From assembly GCA_024704765.1 (NCBI GenBank), contig JAKMXF010000188.1, positions 62,001-126,000 on the forward strand: a stretch of 64,000 nucleotides of DNA. Reading direction: 5' to 3'. A program made the position numbers and the translations under genes. The notes beneath the pieces were generated by a model. That model was not told the DNA's origin. It did not search any database and saw nothing but the letters and a program-made list of their open reading frames with translations. Shown piece by piece: positions 39,101-52,837 of this stretch (its first letter is position 1; each line of letters opens with the position of its first letter). This stretch comes from Oopsacas minuta (taxonomy: Eukaryota; Animalia; Porifera).

Positions 39101-42100
39101 AGACAAACATAAATGAATTTGCTTCGTCTAGCATTTGCATACCAAATTTGGCTTAAGTTTTTATTAATCCACCAATTTTTCCGCTGATGCGTCAGAAAAT
39201 AATGAAACTATGATGATACAAAGAACCGCCCGCCCGCATGCATGCTCAGGTGGATCTTATATTGAGCTGAAACAATATTACCATTAAGAGTGTCCTTAAT
39301 TAAAAGCCTAGTGACCGCATGGCCAAGTCTATAATATTACAATGAAGAAGTGTTGACCGAATTTCCTCCGCTGAATCGGGTTAATCAGCACGGTATACCT
39401 GGAGATAACCCTAATTGTTTCGTAAAAATATGGAAGAGTTTGATTTCCCATAGACATATAAATATATTATAAGTCTGGCTCAGATTATTTTAAGATTGGC
39501 CAGATTCAATAATTCAAGAATCATATAATTTTCAATATTTCACAAAATCAATTTCAGTTTAACAACAACAGTACAACAAAGCATGAGAATATAAAATGTA
39601 CAAAGTTCGATAATTTATTCTAAATAATGTAAATAGTTAGAAAAAAAAACAGAATGCTCTGAGCAAGAACGAACTTTCTGGATTGTGTAATACAAGCAAA
39701 ACTTGTTTAGAATTCAAACAAGCAGCAAATACAGTACAAAAACAATTAATCTAGCCGTACTAGTTGGTTTGCCTCCTCTTCAATGGTTTTAACAATGCCT
39801 GAGTAATCCATCCATGATTTGAACTCTTATATATCCATTTATGCTGCATTTTCCCATCATCAGAATATACGTAATTCGTATAAAGGTTTGGGACCTCTTC
39901 ATCAGATGCTAGACTACCTTCATTAATCCTTTTAACATTACTAATAATTAAGTTATGTTCTTCATCAACCAGCAATAGACTGAAACCAATATCTAGACTG
40001 AGAGGTACAATAGCTCTGACAACATCTCCTCTCCAGTTAAATATCTGTACTGCATATAGACTGTTCTTATACAAAACACAGAAATAGGTTAATTCATATG
40101 ACGTTCCTACTATCTTAACATCCAGTACCGAAGGGAAATCTTTGATATCTGGAGAGTGTAACATTATATCTCCTTCTCTTATATCTTTTATTTTAGTCAA
40201 TGTATCAAGGGTACAGCATTTAGTCCATAATTTATGATTATTTTGGAACCACAAATGGTTAGATTATTGGTATCAATCTTCTTCAAGTCAAAGATAAACG
40301 GTGAATTCCAATCCTGTTTGGTGTAGAATTCCTTATTGGGCTTATTTACATTCGTGAGTACTTTGGAGATAGTTTGACTATCAATCGGATTCATCTTTGA
40401 GATGCACAGCTGTACATTCCTGTAATCTAAAGTAGACACAGTATAATTCATAAATTCTTGCTGATTCGGAGATGTCAGACAATTGGAGAGCAGATTTCAA
40501 ACATTTACAGGAAAAAGCCTAACAATAGTCTGTAACACCTTTCTATTGAAATCAAATACGTTTTACTTTGTACATTCGTAAAACGGAGTACAGGGGGGAC
40601 TTAAATGTTAACAGTCACGACGAAATTCAGAATTATTTTAGAACTTTCGTTTCAACAGCTAGTTATGGGGTAATTGCATGATTATTATTGGGAATCATTA
40701 ACATAAATTTGAGGAGACAGGGGGCATAGCCCCTCTGAAAAGAACACAACAAACAACCCCGAGCTGAACTACTGTCGATTGACATTTTAGTGCAGCTCCT
40801 ATAGGAAGATGCCCTAATAGCATGTACAATGTACGACGTCCGTAAGTCCGTCCGTCCGTCCGCGTGGCCGTTCGAAATCTAGCAGTACGATTAATGTGAA
40901 AATTGGTATACATTTGGTTCCGAGATTAACACCTCAGGTACGATTTTCTAAAGTGAATATTTCACACCTTTCTATTTAAACTCCTAGCATGCTAGAGATT
41001 AGGTTTCAATCTGTCGTGATAATTGGGTGCGTAGAGTCCAAATTTTGAGATTTTCAGAGCCTGAAAGTAACAATTTCACAGATTTATCATATGATTAATC
41101 ATATTTCACACTGTATTCCAACATGATGCTAGAGATTTCGTGCTTGTCAGGGTTATTGAGTATGTAGATTCCAATTTTGATATTTTCGAATAACCATCAA
41201 CATGATGGTTATTTAAAATATCAAAATTGGTACTTATATTTTGATCATAAACTTTGTATTGATCATATTTTTATCACTTCACGACATATAATTTGCATTG
41301 GGTATAAATATATATGACCCAGATGACTGAGCTGGACTCCCAGTCCGAAAACTGGTACGGCGTGGCTGGACCACATTCGAATACTTCTGGCTAGAGTGGA
41401 GGGATGTTAATTCATATAATCGGGACAGTTAAGTGTAACCACGCATAATTAAATAAAGAGTTATATACCTATAATGGGGAGATGGCATCCTATGAAGGTG
41501 ATAATAAGAATCAATCCAAATTCATCAAGGGGAATTTGGTAGAGATGGTTTTCATCAATGTTGAACATCTGAATCCGTCTGTTACCAGCGTCTGCAACAT
41601 ACATACGATCTGTTCTAGGATCTATAGTTAATCCTACTGGTCTGTTCACCTGTGTTCTCTCTGATCCGGGACGTATTTTCTCCCATAACAATTCATGCTT
41701 AGCCTTGTATGAGTCTAATATATCTTTACCTTCAGACTATGCATGCATTCTCTATAGCATTCTCACACTCACTAGTGTTCGATTTCAGATACTTTTTCGA
41801 ATAAACCTGTTTTTCTATTCTAATTATCTGGTTTTGTATGTTGTCATATGCTGCAGCGAGTGTAGAAGCTAACTGGCGATCTTTCATGCTTTCTATTAGG
41901 TTTACTCTAGTCCTGTGTAGGTTGTCTAGGTGATCAGCATGAGGATGTCTATGAGAGTTCCTTTTATTGTCCAGACTTTGTATAATGCTCTCTTATTTAT
42001 CATCCAACTTTTTATGAAGGAATTTTAATTTATCTCTCACAGTTCTCTTCTGAGTTACGATATGTGAACTAGTGAAGTGATGAGATGTCTCCTGTATAGA

Positions 42101-45100
42101 GCAGGGGCTGTCACTAGATTCGGAGGGTCTGAGCAAGCCCGTGAATGATTTCGTAAGTCTTGGATACACCTTATCGGATTTAAAGTCCTGCTGGCCATCC
42201 CAAAGTTCATCATCACTTAAGTAAAATCGGCTATAGTAATATTTTGTCATATTATTGTGATACCTGCTGTTCACTAGTTAAATTCTACTAGAGAGCAAAT
42301 CTACATTTTAAGAATTTCAACAAATACTGAATTATTGAGCGCATCCGTCCCTGATAATTGCTACCACATTAATTACCTTTCTACTCTCACGTAGGTTTGA
42401 ATATTGAAACAATTTCTCATAACTGCGAAATACACATTTAGTTTGGAATAATTTCCGATTGACTTTGTGCCTTGCGTATTAGATTAGATATATATACATT
42501 TGATCAGGGAAATAATGGAAAAATAATACTTAAGTTCGTAGGTCAATACTTACAAGATGTATCAGTACACCCTCGATTATCCGAACACCTTCGTCATAAA
42601 CTTTCCATTTTGGTGTTCGGATAACTTAAATAGTGTATTTTCCTATATGAAATTCACAACACACAGGCATATGTGAAATTGTGAATTTGTAATTTCGTAT
42701 ATTGAATGCATATTTATTACAATTTGGGCCTAATATGGTCACACGATCCGAAAACCAAAAGTAGAATAAAACATTCTTTTGAAATGAAATTCGAACAATC
42801 TTCAGAAAACAAATGTTCTCCCTGCTGTTGTTCGGATAATCGGGGGTCTACCTGTTATTTAGGGTAAGATGCGAGCAAAGCGAGCAGAAATTTTACAGTT
42901 TGCAATTTGAATCAAGGAGGCATGCCCCGGTGTAAAATCATTACGAAAAAATTATAAACGCGGAATAATGAATGAATTGTGCAATACAATGTCTTGTGCG
43001 TATGAAATGGCGATTTACTAACCTCTCTGAGGTCAGAAAAATTTTCCTCAATTTCTAATTTTACATATTTTTATCAAAATTACTTTGGTCAACATGTTAA
43101 TTAGGCTCGAAGTGTTGCTTGTGAATATTTGTATATTCGCTAATCTGTGTTTGCGTCAATTTCTCAAAACATTATGAACATCTAATACCATATCTGAGAT
43201 ACGTCCTCTTATACATTAATACCGGAAGTTTATTGAACACCCCCCTCAATTTTCAACATTTCTTTTATGATCAGATCTGGTAATTCAAATATTTTATACG
43301 CCATTTCGAAAACCGCGCTATTTATGGATCTTATATTATCCGGTCTATATTATCAGACTTTAATATTCGAGTTAGGACGTCAAACACAATCTAAATGTCC
43401 TTTAACCACAGATTTTGAGTGATTATGTATACCACTTACTCTAACTACAGAGTAACTGATTCTGAAAACTCAGATCTAAGTGATTCAGATTCTTTATTCA
43501 TTACTAAAATATGTTCTGTACAATAAGTAAACAGACATTACCACTCCATAATTGATTATGCTCAACTTGTATCTTATAAATAAAATACAGCAAATATTCT
43601 ATGATCCATGTTCAACAACACCACCAATCATGGAAAGGTGTTTGACGTCATAACTCGAATACTAAAGTCTGACAATATAGACCGGATAATATTAGATCCA
43701 TAAATAGCTCGCATTTCGGCAATGGTGTAGAAAAATATTTAAAGTAACAGATCCGGTCATATAAGAAATGCTGAAAATTGAGGGGGGGGGTGTTCAATAA
43801 ACGTCCGTATTCATATATAAGAGGACGTATCTCAGATATGGTATTAGATGTTCATAATGTTTTGAGAAATTGACGCAAACACAGATTAGCGAATATACAA
43901 ATATTCACAAGCAACACTTCGAGCCTAATTAACATTTTAGAGCTGGGGGGCATTGTCTCCTATGCCTCCACCGTGGCGACGTCCTTGGCAGAATATTTCA
44001 TATTTATGAAACGGGATATACCATGGATTAGTGGCAAAATTGGTGTAAGGAATTGTGATTGCACCTTGTAAGTTTTCTATAATGTATTCGCGCTTTCACA
44101 GTACAGTGAAACCTGCATAAACCGACACCTGTATAATCCGAAGATCTGTTGTATAATATTTTGAGGCATGTTTAGATTCAAAACAACAAAAGTAAATGAC
44201 TATATATCCTCGCGACTAATTTTTCCCGTGAATACATCCATTCGATCACTAAAAATTTGGACTAATACCGATTTTGATATTTGGACTAACGCAAACATAT
44301 GAAATTTGGTCTAATGTATACATACGAATTTGGACTAATGCATGCGCCCCATACGTATTATATTACCATGGATATTCAGCATCTATAATATTTTGAGGGA
44401 ATGCTTCAAATTACCAGCAAGGGCCGTGCCGAATTTACGTGACGTGACGGTCCCGAAAAGTGTAGATGTACGGGACATAGAAATTAAGTCCTCAATAGGA
44501 TTCAAGACTTGGGACAGCGCTTCGAGCGTTTAATAATTAAAGAAGTCGGGGAATGTCGTATTTTGTTTGTTCTATATTCGATTACATTTCATTGAATTTA
44601 AGTACTTGGGTATAATTGAACACGTAACAAGATGACAATGTGTTGGTAATTTGCAGCATTCCCCTCATAATATTATCAACAGATCTCTATAATTCGACTG
44701 TATTTCGCATCTGAAAGAGCTTCTTAAAATACAAATTTACCTGCATAAATCCGACCAAATTTTCATGTCGCAACGAGTGTCGGTTTATGCAGGTTTCACT
44801 GGTATCGTACCTCCTTCTTTTCATCGAATTATGCCAGATCTAGCACATATATTTATAATGCCAGTATGGCAACAGTGCCTATGTATAGTTGTTTAGTTGT
44901 TTAGAGCAAGTCTCTGTGAGTATGTTGAGATTGCAATTATTAGTTTACTTTATATTCAAAAAACAACGAATAAATTTTCATATGGTTCAGTCAAAAGTGC
45001 AAAAATCAGATTCAGCATACTCAAGTTTTTTAAATTCAAACTTTTTTGAATTTTGTTTTACTTTCTTGGTAAACTTGATATTTATATTGCATTGTTTTGC

Positions 45101-48100
45101 AACATCTCAGAATTGAAGGGTTCAATTTCAAAAGGCATACCATAAATCCTTTCCCTGACAACCGACGAACAGTAGGTGAGACTGAGAGGGTACAATCACT
45201 ACATACCCTCTATATAACCAAAAACACAATATTTTGCTATTCATTTAATCCTAATTATTACTAATAACTATACTCCTGACTCCAACAAGAATAACATTAT
45301 TCTATAATCTAATTCAAATACAGATCTAACGTAATCTTCTAGCTTCCCTCTCAGACTCTAAGAGACATAGCACATCTCCTACTCTCACAGGTCCCCTGAC
45401 ATTCCTGATTATAGATCTTGTCGTGTCAGTCACAAACTCCACACGTACCTGTGTACACTGTCCCTGACTACCAGTTCTCCCGATCACTTTTATAACCTTA
45501 GCTAGTTTAGTTGTTGTGGCGGGTGCTGAAGCTTGCTGCATGTTTTCACTTATCAAATATTGCTAATAAATTGAATTAAAGATTAAATATAATTGAATTT
45601 AGAGCCTGGTGAATATTTGAAATTTTAAAAAGGGGATTGAACGTTCTAATTCTGTCCCAAAATGGCTGAAATTATACACCTCGCAAAACATTCGCTCAAA
45701 TATTGCATTTTTCGTCGTTTCAGCTAGTAATATTAGCACATTTTAGAAAATTTTCAAAAAAATTTCGACTCCACTCCTAACTTTGGTTATTATATCACAA
45801 AATCTCTGTAGCTCCAAAACTGATAGTCACGTTTAAAGCTCGAACAAACTCAAAATTCCAACAAAATATTTTTTGACGTGAATAACTCATTTTGGAGCTA
45901 CAGGCCTGGCGATAGCTCCATTCGACAGCTCAGACGATTCTCTTTCGCCCTGACAGGTTAAAAGGCCAACTGAGGGTTTTTGTGAGATAGTTATATAATC
46001 ACCAGTGTTAGGAGTGAGGTTGAAATGATTTTGAAAATTTTAGAATAAAATATGCTAATATTACTGGCTAAAAACGGAAAAAATGCAATGTTTGAGCGAA
46101 AATTTGTGAGGTGTATAATTTGAGCCAGTTCTATAGGGATCATATACAATTATACGTATATGTAATTTTCTAATTTATGATTCATCAGTTGAGAGCATCT
46201 AGGCACCTTACCTAACAAAACCTATGTTAATATCAATTTCAATGAGATTAGATATTGTAATGATTATCTTAGGATTAAACCGTAATATCGAGAAATATTA
46301 ACTCCTTCATCTTACTTGCATTTAAAAATTAAGGGGCAATTAATACTGTATCTACTGCGTATGAATTAATGATCAGAGATATGTTATCGTAACAAAATAA
46401 TCATTTTAGTGCAAAGATTCTCTAATGGCAACATGTGTCCATTTGCTGCAACAGAAGTTTGACAAATTCCTCGCTTCAGCACCTAAGAAATTCGACCTAC
46501 AACCTTACAAATCGGATAAGTATTTTGGGCTTCTGTTAGATGACAAAACTGCTGACTGGTTCAAGAATATGCTCTGTGACTTTGCTAGCGAAGTATCCAA
46601 ATTAGGTAACATACAATGTAATACTTGATGTATTGAGATGAATTATTCAATAATTAGCCCGCTTGACTTTCTAGATCGTTTCCCGACGTAATGCGCCTCG
46701 ACAATAGCTGCTTTGGAGAATTGATATTAGTATCTTAATAATATAAATGTCTAATAGTGTGTATTATCCATGATGTATATTGGCTGAGCAATGCCAATAA
46801 TGAAATTTCAATAATCACAAAAGGTGACGTCATAATTTTGTCATAGGTGTGAATTTTCGTTCAAGGCTCAAACTTGCCCGAGCCATGCCCAAATTATCCC
46901 TCAATGCAAAAATAGTAATGTAATTGTTTCGAACTGTATCTCTGTATAATATGTTTAATTGTGATATTAGCTAATATCTTGTCTACAGATATTGAGGTAG
47001 AACCTCATAAGAAACAGTTACACTTAACGCTAGCATTTAAGTTCTTACAAGAACACAGACAAATACTGGATCAGCTGAGTAAGAAGATTAATTACCAGGC
47101 TCCAGCTAACTGGGAGATGAGGTTATATTCTAGAGATCCAAGACTAGCCAACTCCGAGGTTATTTATAATTATTAAAATACCAAATAAGGCCTGTAGTAT
47201 AGATATATTATCTATTTTAATTTTACTGTGGTTTTGCAGAGATGGATAAACCCCTGGGTCAGTAACCCGACCGGTTAATATTGATAATTATTAAACAATA
47301 CTAAATTTATTTATACAAGTAAACAAACACTGTGTGTCTGTGTCAATATGTATACTTGCCAACCTGAGTAACAAATAGCGAAAGTCACTCATAAATCTGG
47401 ACAATTGGCAAGTATGAATCTCAAACTGCTGGGCAACTTGTGCCCATCAACCCCAAATAGCAACAAGGATAGTGAAATGCTGTTAACATCACAACCAACT
47501 ATTACCAGTTTAACCTTTCTGTTATTTGGGCTTTGATATATCTTTTCTCTTTGTTAACTGACTAACTCGAATGTGCTAACAATCAGTTTCGGCCGATCTG
47601 AAATATCAATAACTATTTATAATAGCTTGTACAGGAGGGAATATCTTGTATCTTTGTGTTAATTAATACTTCTGTTATAACACACATAGATATATACCAA
47701 TACCAACAAATACTACTCCTACATAAGAATATAGTCTGTTTATTCGTGTACCAATACACTCCTCTGTTAGTAGAGTTACTACTAAAGTACCAGCATTAGC
47801 TAATGGAACAGCTGATGAGATGGATACTCTCCCCAGGGTCCAGTAGAAGAGGAGAGATCCCAGCTGATTAATTCCAAACACTAACCAGTAGCTAATATTA
47901 GTCAGTAGATACCATAGATCTGATCCTACCTGACCAGTGATAGATGTACTCTTGTTATTGTTTAATCCACTGCTTGCTGATCTAAGTAGTGGGTTAGTAA
48001 CTCCCCATAATAGTGCTACTAGTGATAGCAGTCCTATACTCAATAGCTCCATTTAATAATATCTGTAATAAATTTGAATAATACATATATACTATTTCTG

Positions 48101-51100
48101 GTGCGTGTAAAAATGCGCATTGGGGATCAGCGATGGGATTTAGTATATTATACAGGAAATAGTTTTTTAGGTAGGACACTTATAAGAAATAATCATTTTA
48201 TTTAATGTAAATGCAATGCAGAATAATACCTAATAAGAATGCGTAAAAATTATGTAAAGTATATAGTTGGCTGACCAACTGGACAGTACTTGAGAGTATG
48301 TGCATCATCCCCAGTAGCTCCACACTGAGTACACACAGTTTCTCTCAGATAAGGACATTCCACTCTACCAATAGAGTCTCTAAGACGATGTGACTTCTGA
48401 ATAGGTACACATCTCTTACTCTTCTGGCAGAAGACACAGAATCGAACCTTAGCGTACTCATCCTTCTTGAGCGCAGCTCTCTGTCTCTGTAGACACAGAG
48501 AGTATTGAATAGAGCTAAGGATAGGAGAGTCATCAGAGTCTGTATCTGTATCAGTTAATACAAGTTCCGTTGGTACAAACGGAGCAGCCAGTGGGTTTAA
48601 GGTTGATTGAATTGTAGAGACAGTCACTGTAGTTATGACGTCAGCTAATCCAAAGTAGTTGTTGAAGGGAGAATAGTTGTTTGTTTGTCGAGACATGAAA
48701 AGTTTTGTATTGTTGATTGTGATTGTTTTGATTTGATATTATTGGTAACTTTCTCTCCATTTTATACAAATGATTTATTGAAATTGACATTAATTGACAA
48801 TATTATCTGATAGATGTCAAATCTGTTTCATAAGCTAGTTAATTTGGTTGCCAATGCATGTCATATTGATCATAATTATTTTGACATGAATTAATGTAAT
48901 TTACAAATTATCAACAGAGAAACAATTTCTCACGATGTAGAGCTGTGTTGAGAGATTTTTTCTATTAGATTGAGTCATCGAATCCAATTTATCTTCTTTT
49001 GTTATCACAATGTAATATAATAAATGCTAATTTTACAAAATTTTAAAATAAGTAATATATAAACTATGTAGATAATCTTGATAAGAGAATGATAATAATA
49101 TTAATAGTAAATTGAATAATATTTGTATAAAACTTATAACAAACTGACTAATGTATTAAGCTATGCTAGTCTTAAAAATTATATGTAAAATAAAGAAATT
49201 GTTAGCGAAAAATAAATTAGTTATTTTAAGAAATTTTGTATAAAACCTTTAACATCCGAAATATTAATATAAATTTATTAATAGACTACTATATCATACA
49301 GATAGGAGAGTAGCCGGGCAACGAATAAAAAAGAGGCCATTTATATAAAAAATCTCATAAAAGTTAAAAATGTAAGGAATCAGTTAAGACTACCTAAAAA
49401 GTTCAAACGGCCATCTTTCATCTCGTTTAGGCGCCATTTATGCGATGACGTTAGCATTTATATAATTTGACTATTTTCTCAAATATTTTTGTAAAAAATG
49501 TATTTTATTTAACTTTATGCTAATGTTGTTTGAATTCGTACATGTTCTTCACACAAAGTTAAATTCATGTTTAAAGATAGTTTATTGAAGAAAAATTTCT
49601 GAATTATACCATAGAAATGAAAATAATATATTTATCAAAATATGATTTGAAGATGTGATCCGAATTCTATTCTAAAGAAAACGTGCTAATTCTTTATACC
49701 ATATGAATAAATAGAGGACATTAATTCATTGAAATACAAGAATTACAAAAAGTAAAAAAATTCTATTTTCGATGAGGATTTGTGTGAATTTTGATGTCGT
49801 GATTTGAATGCGCCTAAACGAGATGAAGGATTACCGTTTGAACTTTTTAGGTAGTCTTAACTGATTCCTTACATTTTCTAACCCTAAAAAGTTCAATTCA
49901 CAAATTTGAAGGGTTAATTTAACTTTTATGAGATTATACAAATGACTTCTCTTTTTTATTCGTTGCTCGGCTACTTTCCTATCTGTGTTATGTAGTAGTC
50001 TATGATTTATCTTATAAAGAATTAACAGTATCTAAGGCCATGAAAATATTATTTGTTTGTCATATCCGCTCGGACAATAATTCATGTATTTTATCGTTAC
50101 AAAGTGAATATTTAACATCTACATACAATCTAATACAAATAGAAATAAATATATAATATACTGTAGCCCCGATTTCCTAGAAAATCATAATGATAATCAA
50201 GTGCTTTACTTTAAATGGCCTAAAATACTAAATTTATGAATATTTAAGACAGTAACATTACTGTTCTTATTACAACGACCGCCACAATAAGTTTCCACAA
50301 TTTTGATATGCTCCAGATCTCGAGGGGACTTCAAATAAGGATTTTCTGATAAAATGACAAAATCTGCGAATTTCCCAACCCTAAGACTGCCTATCTTTTC
50401 TTCCATGAACAATTGCCAAGCAGGACCTATTGTATATGCTTTAATAGCCTCATGAACTGATATACACTGATCCTGTCCAAATACATGTTCTTTCCCCTTC
50501 TCACATCTAGTCACAGCTGTCTGCATGTTGATGAGAGGTAATGGAGGTCCTGATATAGCAGGGCTATCCTGATGTATAGATATATATCTATTGTATTTTA
50601 TAGCAGATGCTAGAGGTGCCCATCTATTAGTTCTCTCCCTGCCTAATATGTATTCGCTAAGAGTTCTACCATAATAATACAAATGATAAACAAATAAAGA
50701 TAGAGCTACTCCAATCTTCCCACAACGGGTAAGCTGCTGCTCTGTAGCTAGACCCAGGTGTTCTAGCCTGTGTCTACTATCAATACTATTCCCTGAAGTT
50801 AATGTCTCGTATATCCTCAATACTTGCTCAATAGCTCTCTCTCCCTGTGTGTGTACAGCTATCTGTACACCTAGTCTATGGTAATGCTCTATCTTATCTC
50901 GTAAGAGACTGGTTTCATACTTCAAGACACCGTAATTAGGGGGAGGAGGGAAGGATAGGGGTTCAGCTAGTGATGTATGCAACAGAGGTTCTCGTGTTGC
51001 CACTGTTCCTGTATGTGGTGACCCGTCTGCCCATAATTTAACTCCAGCTATCCAGAGCTTGTCAGGATTTGGGGAATCTAACTTATGAATTTCTTCATCT

Positions 51101-52796
51101 CTCTCCTCCCCCATTATTCCTTGATACAATGCTATTCGTATCGGACAATCCTCTCTCATAGCAATCTGTTTAATCAGTCTGTCCGTATTTTCATTAGGTA
51201 TGTATGCTAACTCCGTTACAGTTGTGAAGCCTCGAAAAGAGTAATCTAACCAAGTGCTCCATAGAGCATCCCTCTGTTCATCTTCTGACAGAGATAATAC
51301 ATTGAAGATTAACTTAATATTACCGTCTATAATCTGTCCAGTAAAGTGATCCCCTGTCTTACCCGAGTATTTGTCTCCCTTTACCTTACAGATCTCTGGG
51401 TCAATCAATTCAAACACTCTATGGTTAACCCAAGAACAGTGGAAACTCTGTGTTGATATGATAATAGGTATTAATGCAGAGAAATTGGAATTGATATAGT
51501 CGGCACTTAACTTAGGAAGATTAGGAAATAATTCAGCATCCCATCCATAGAAAATACAGCATACAGGTACCAGACTATTCTCAGTAATTGTTATAGCCTT
51601 ATTAACCTCGCTACTAATTCTATGTATTATGTCATCAGCTGATTTGAAGTGGTATGCACCAATGTCTATACATTTACTAGATAGTACAGCTCTTAATATA
51701 GCGTGCTGATGTGCCTCAATGAATCCGGGGAAGAGAGATTTATTGTTCAGGAAAATAACTTCAGTTGACTCTCCTACATACTGCATTACGTCAGATAGTT
51801 TTCCCAAAGCTGATATCTTACTACCAGTTACAGCCACAGCCTCTACACTGGGATAAGACTCTTCGAGAGTGAATATGTTTCCTCCAAATAAAATTTTATC
51901 CGCTCTAACCAATTCACCAGCCATCATATAGGGCTAGCAGATGCAGATATTGCTATAGCATATTGTAGATATCGGTATAGTGCTATTTAAGTTACTTCAG
52001 TAAAGTCCCCGTCAATTAACAATAATATTTTATTGGGTATACCGTAGTGATAATGGCAGCCGTAATATTACAATTATTTTGCTTTATTTTATCAAAAATG
52101 CGTTTAAAAAACTTAGATAGTATGTGTCCCAGTAACCAGGGGCATCACTAAGGGTGTAACCCGGACACGTGTCCTAATCCTTAAGCATCGCATCGTAGGG
52201 GCCACTTGTAAATGACGTAATACATTCCATCCGACATCTTTTTCTCAAGAATTGAATGTTTACGCAGGATGGAATATCATATTTTAGTTTTTAGTATTTT
52301 GAATAAAAACACTGCTTCAGTTAGTATAAATAACATTAAGTATTATTGAGTACACATTTCGACTGTCCCTTGTCTTTCGTATTAATTCGAGTGAGATCTT
52401 TGTCAATTGAATTTGTTTTCGTTTCTTTGAAAAAAACATCTAAACGACTAATTACTCTGCAAAGAATACCCGTCTCTACATTTGTAGGCAAACAATTTAG
52501 TCAGACCTGTACAATCGTACGATAGATATTTGGAGTTTATGAGTCCTTTTATTCTCTAATACAGCTATATTGGGGTAACAAAGTACGCTGAATCTGAATT
52601 TCACATTTTCAAGTTTATCATATGGAAAAGTTGTTGTTTTTATGAACATAAAGTAAACAAATAGTTGAAATATATATATATATATTAATTCATTTTGCAA
52701 TTTTATACTTTGCCAGATTCGGGCACGAAGTGCCAAGTTCCATGCGAACACAAAGTGTTCGCAAGCGAAGCGGCTCAGTCTATATTATTAAAACTC

Positions 52797-52837
<41 letters not shown>

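Noticed and set aside
38870-39440. Possible small gene upstream of SCAI
   Set aside because: Only short frames without motifs or convincing splice structure.
41993-41995. Stop-codon readthrough in the coiled-coil/NHL frame
   Set aside because: A second lesion (frameshift) follows, so pseudogenisation is simpler.
50206-51927. Bacterial contamination as the source of the amidohydrolase
   Set aside because: It is embedded between nanos and akirin within a spliceosomal intron and is flanked by host repeats.
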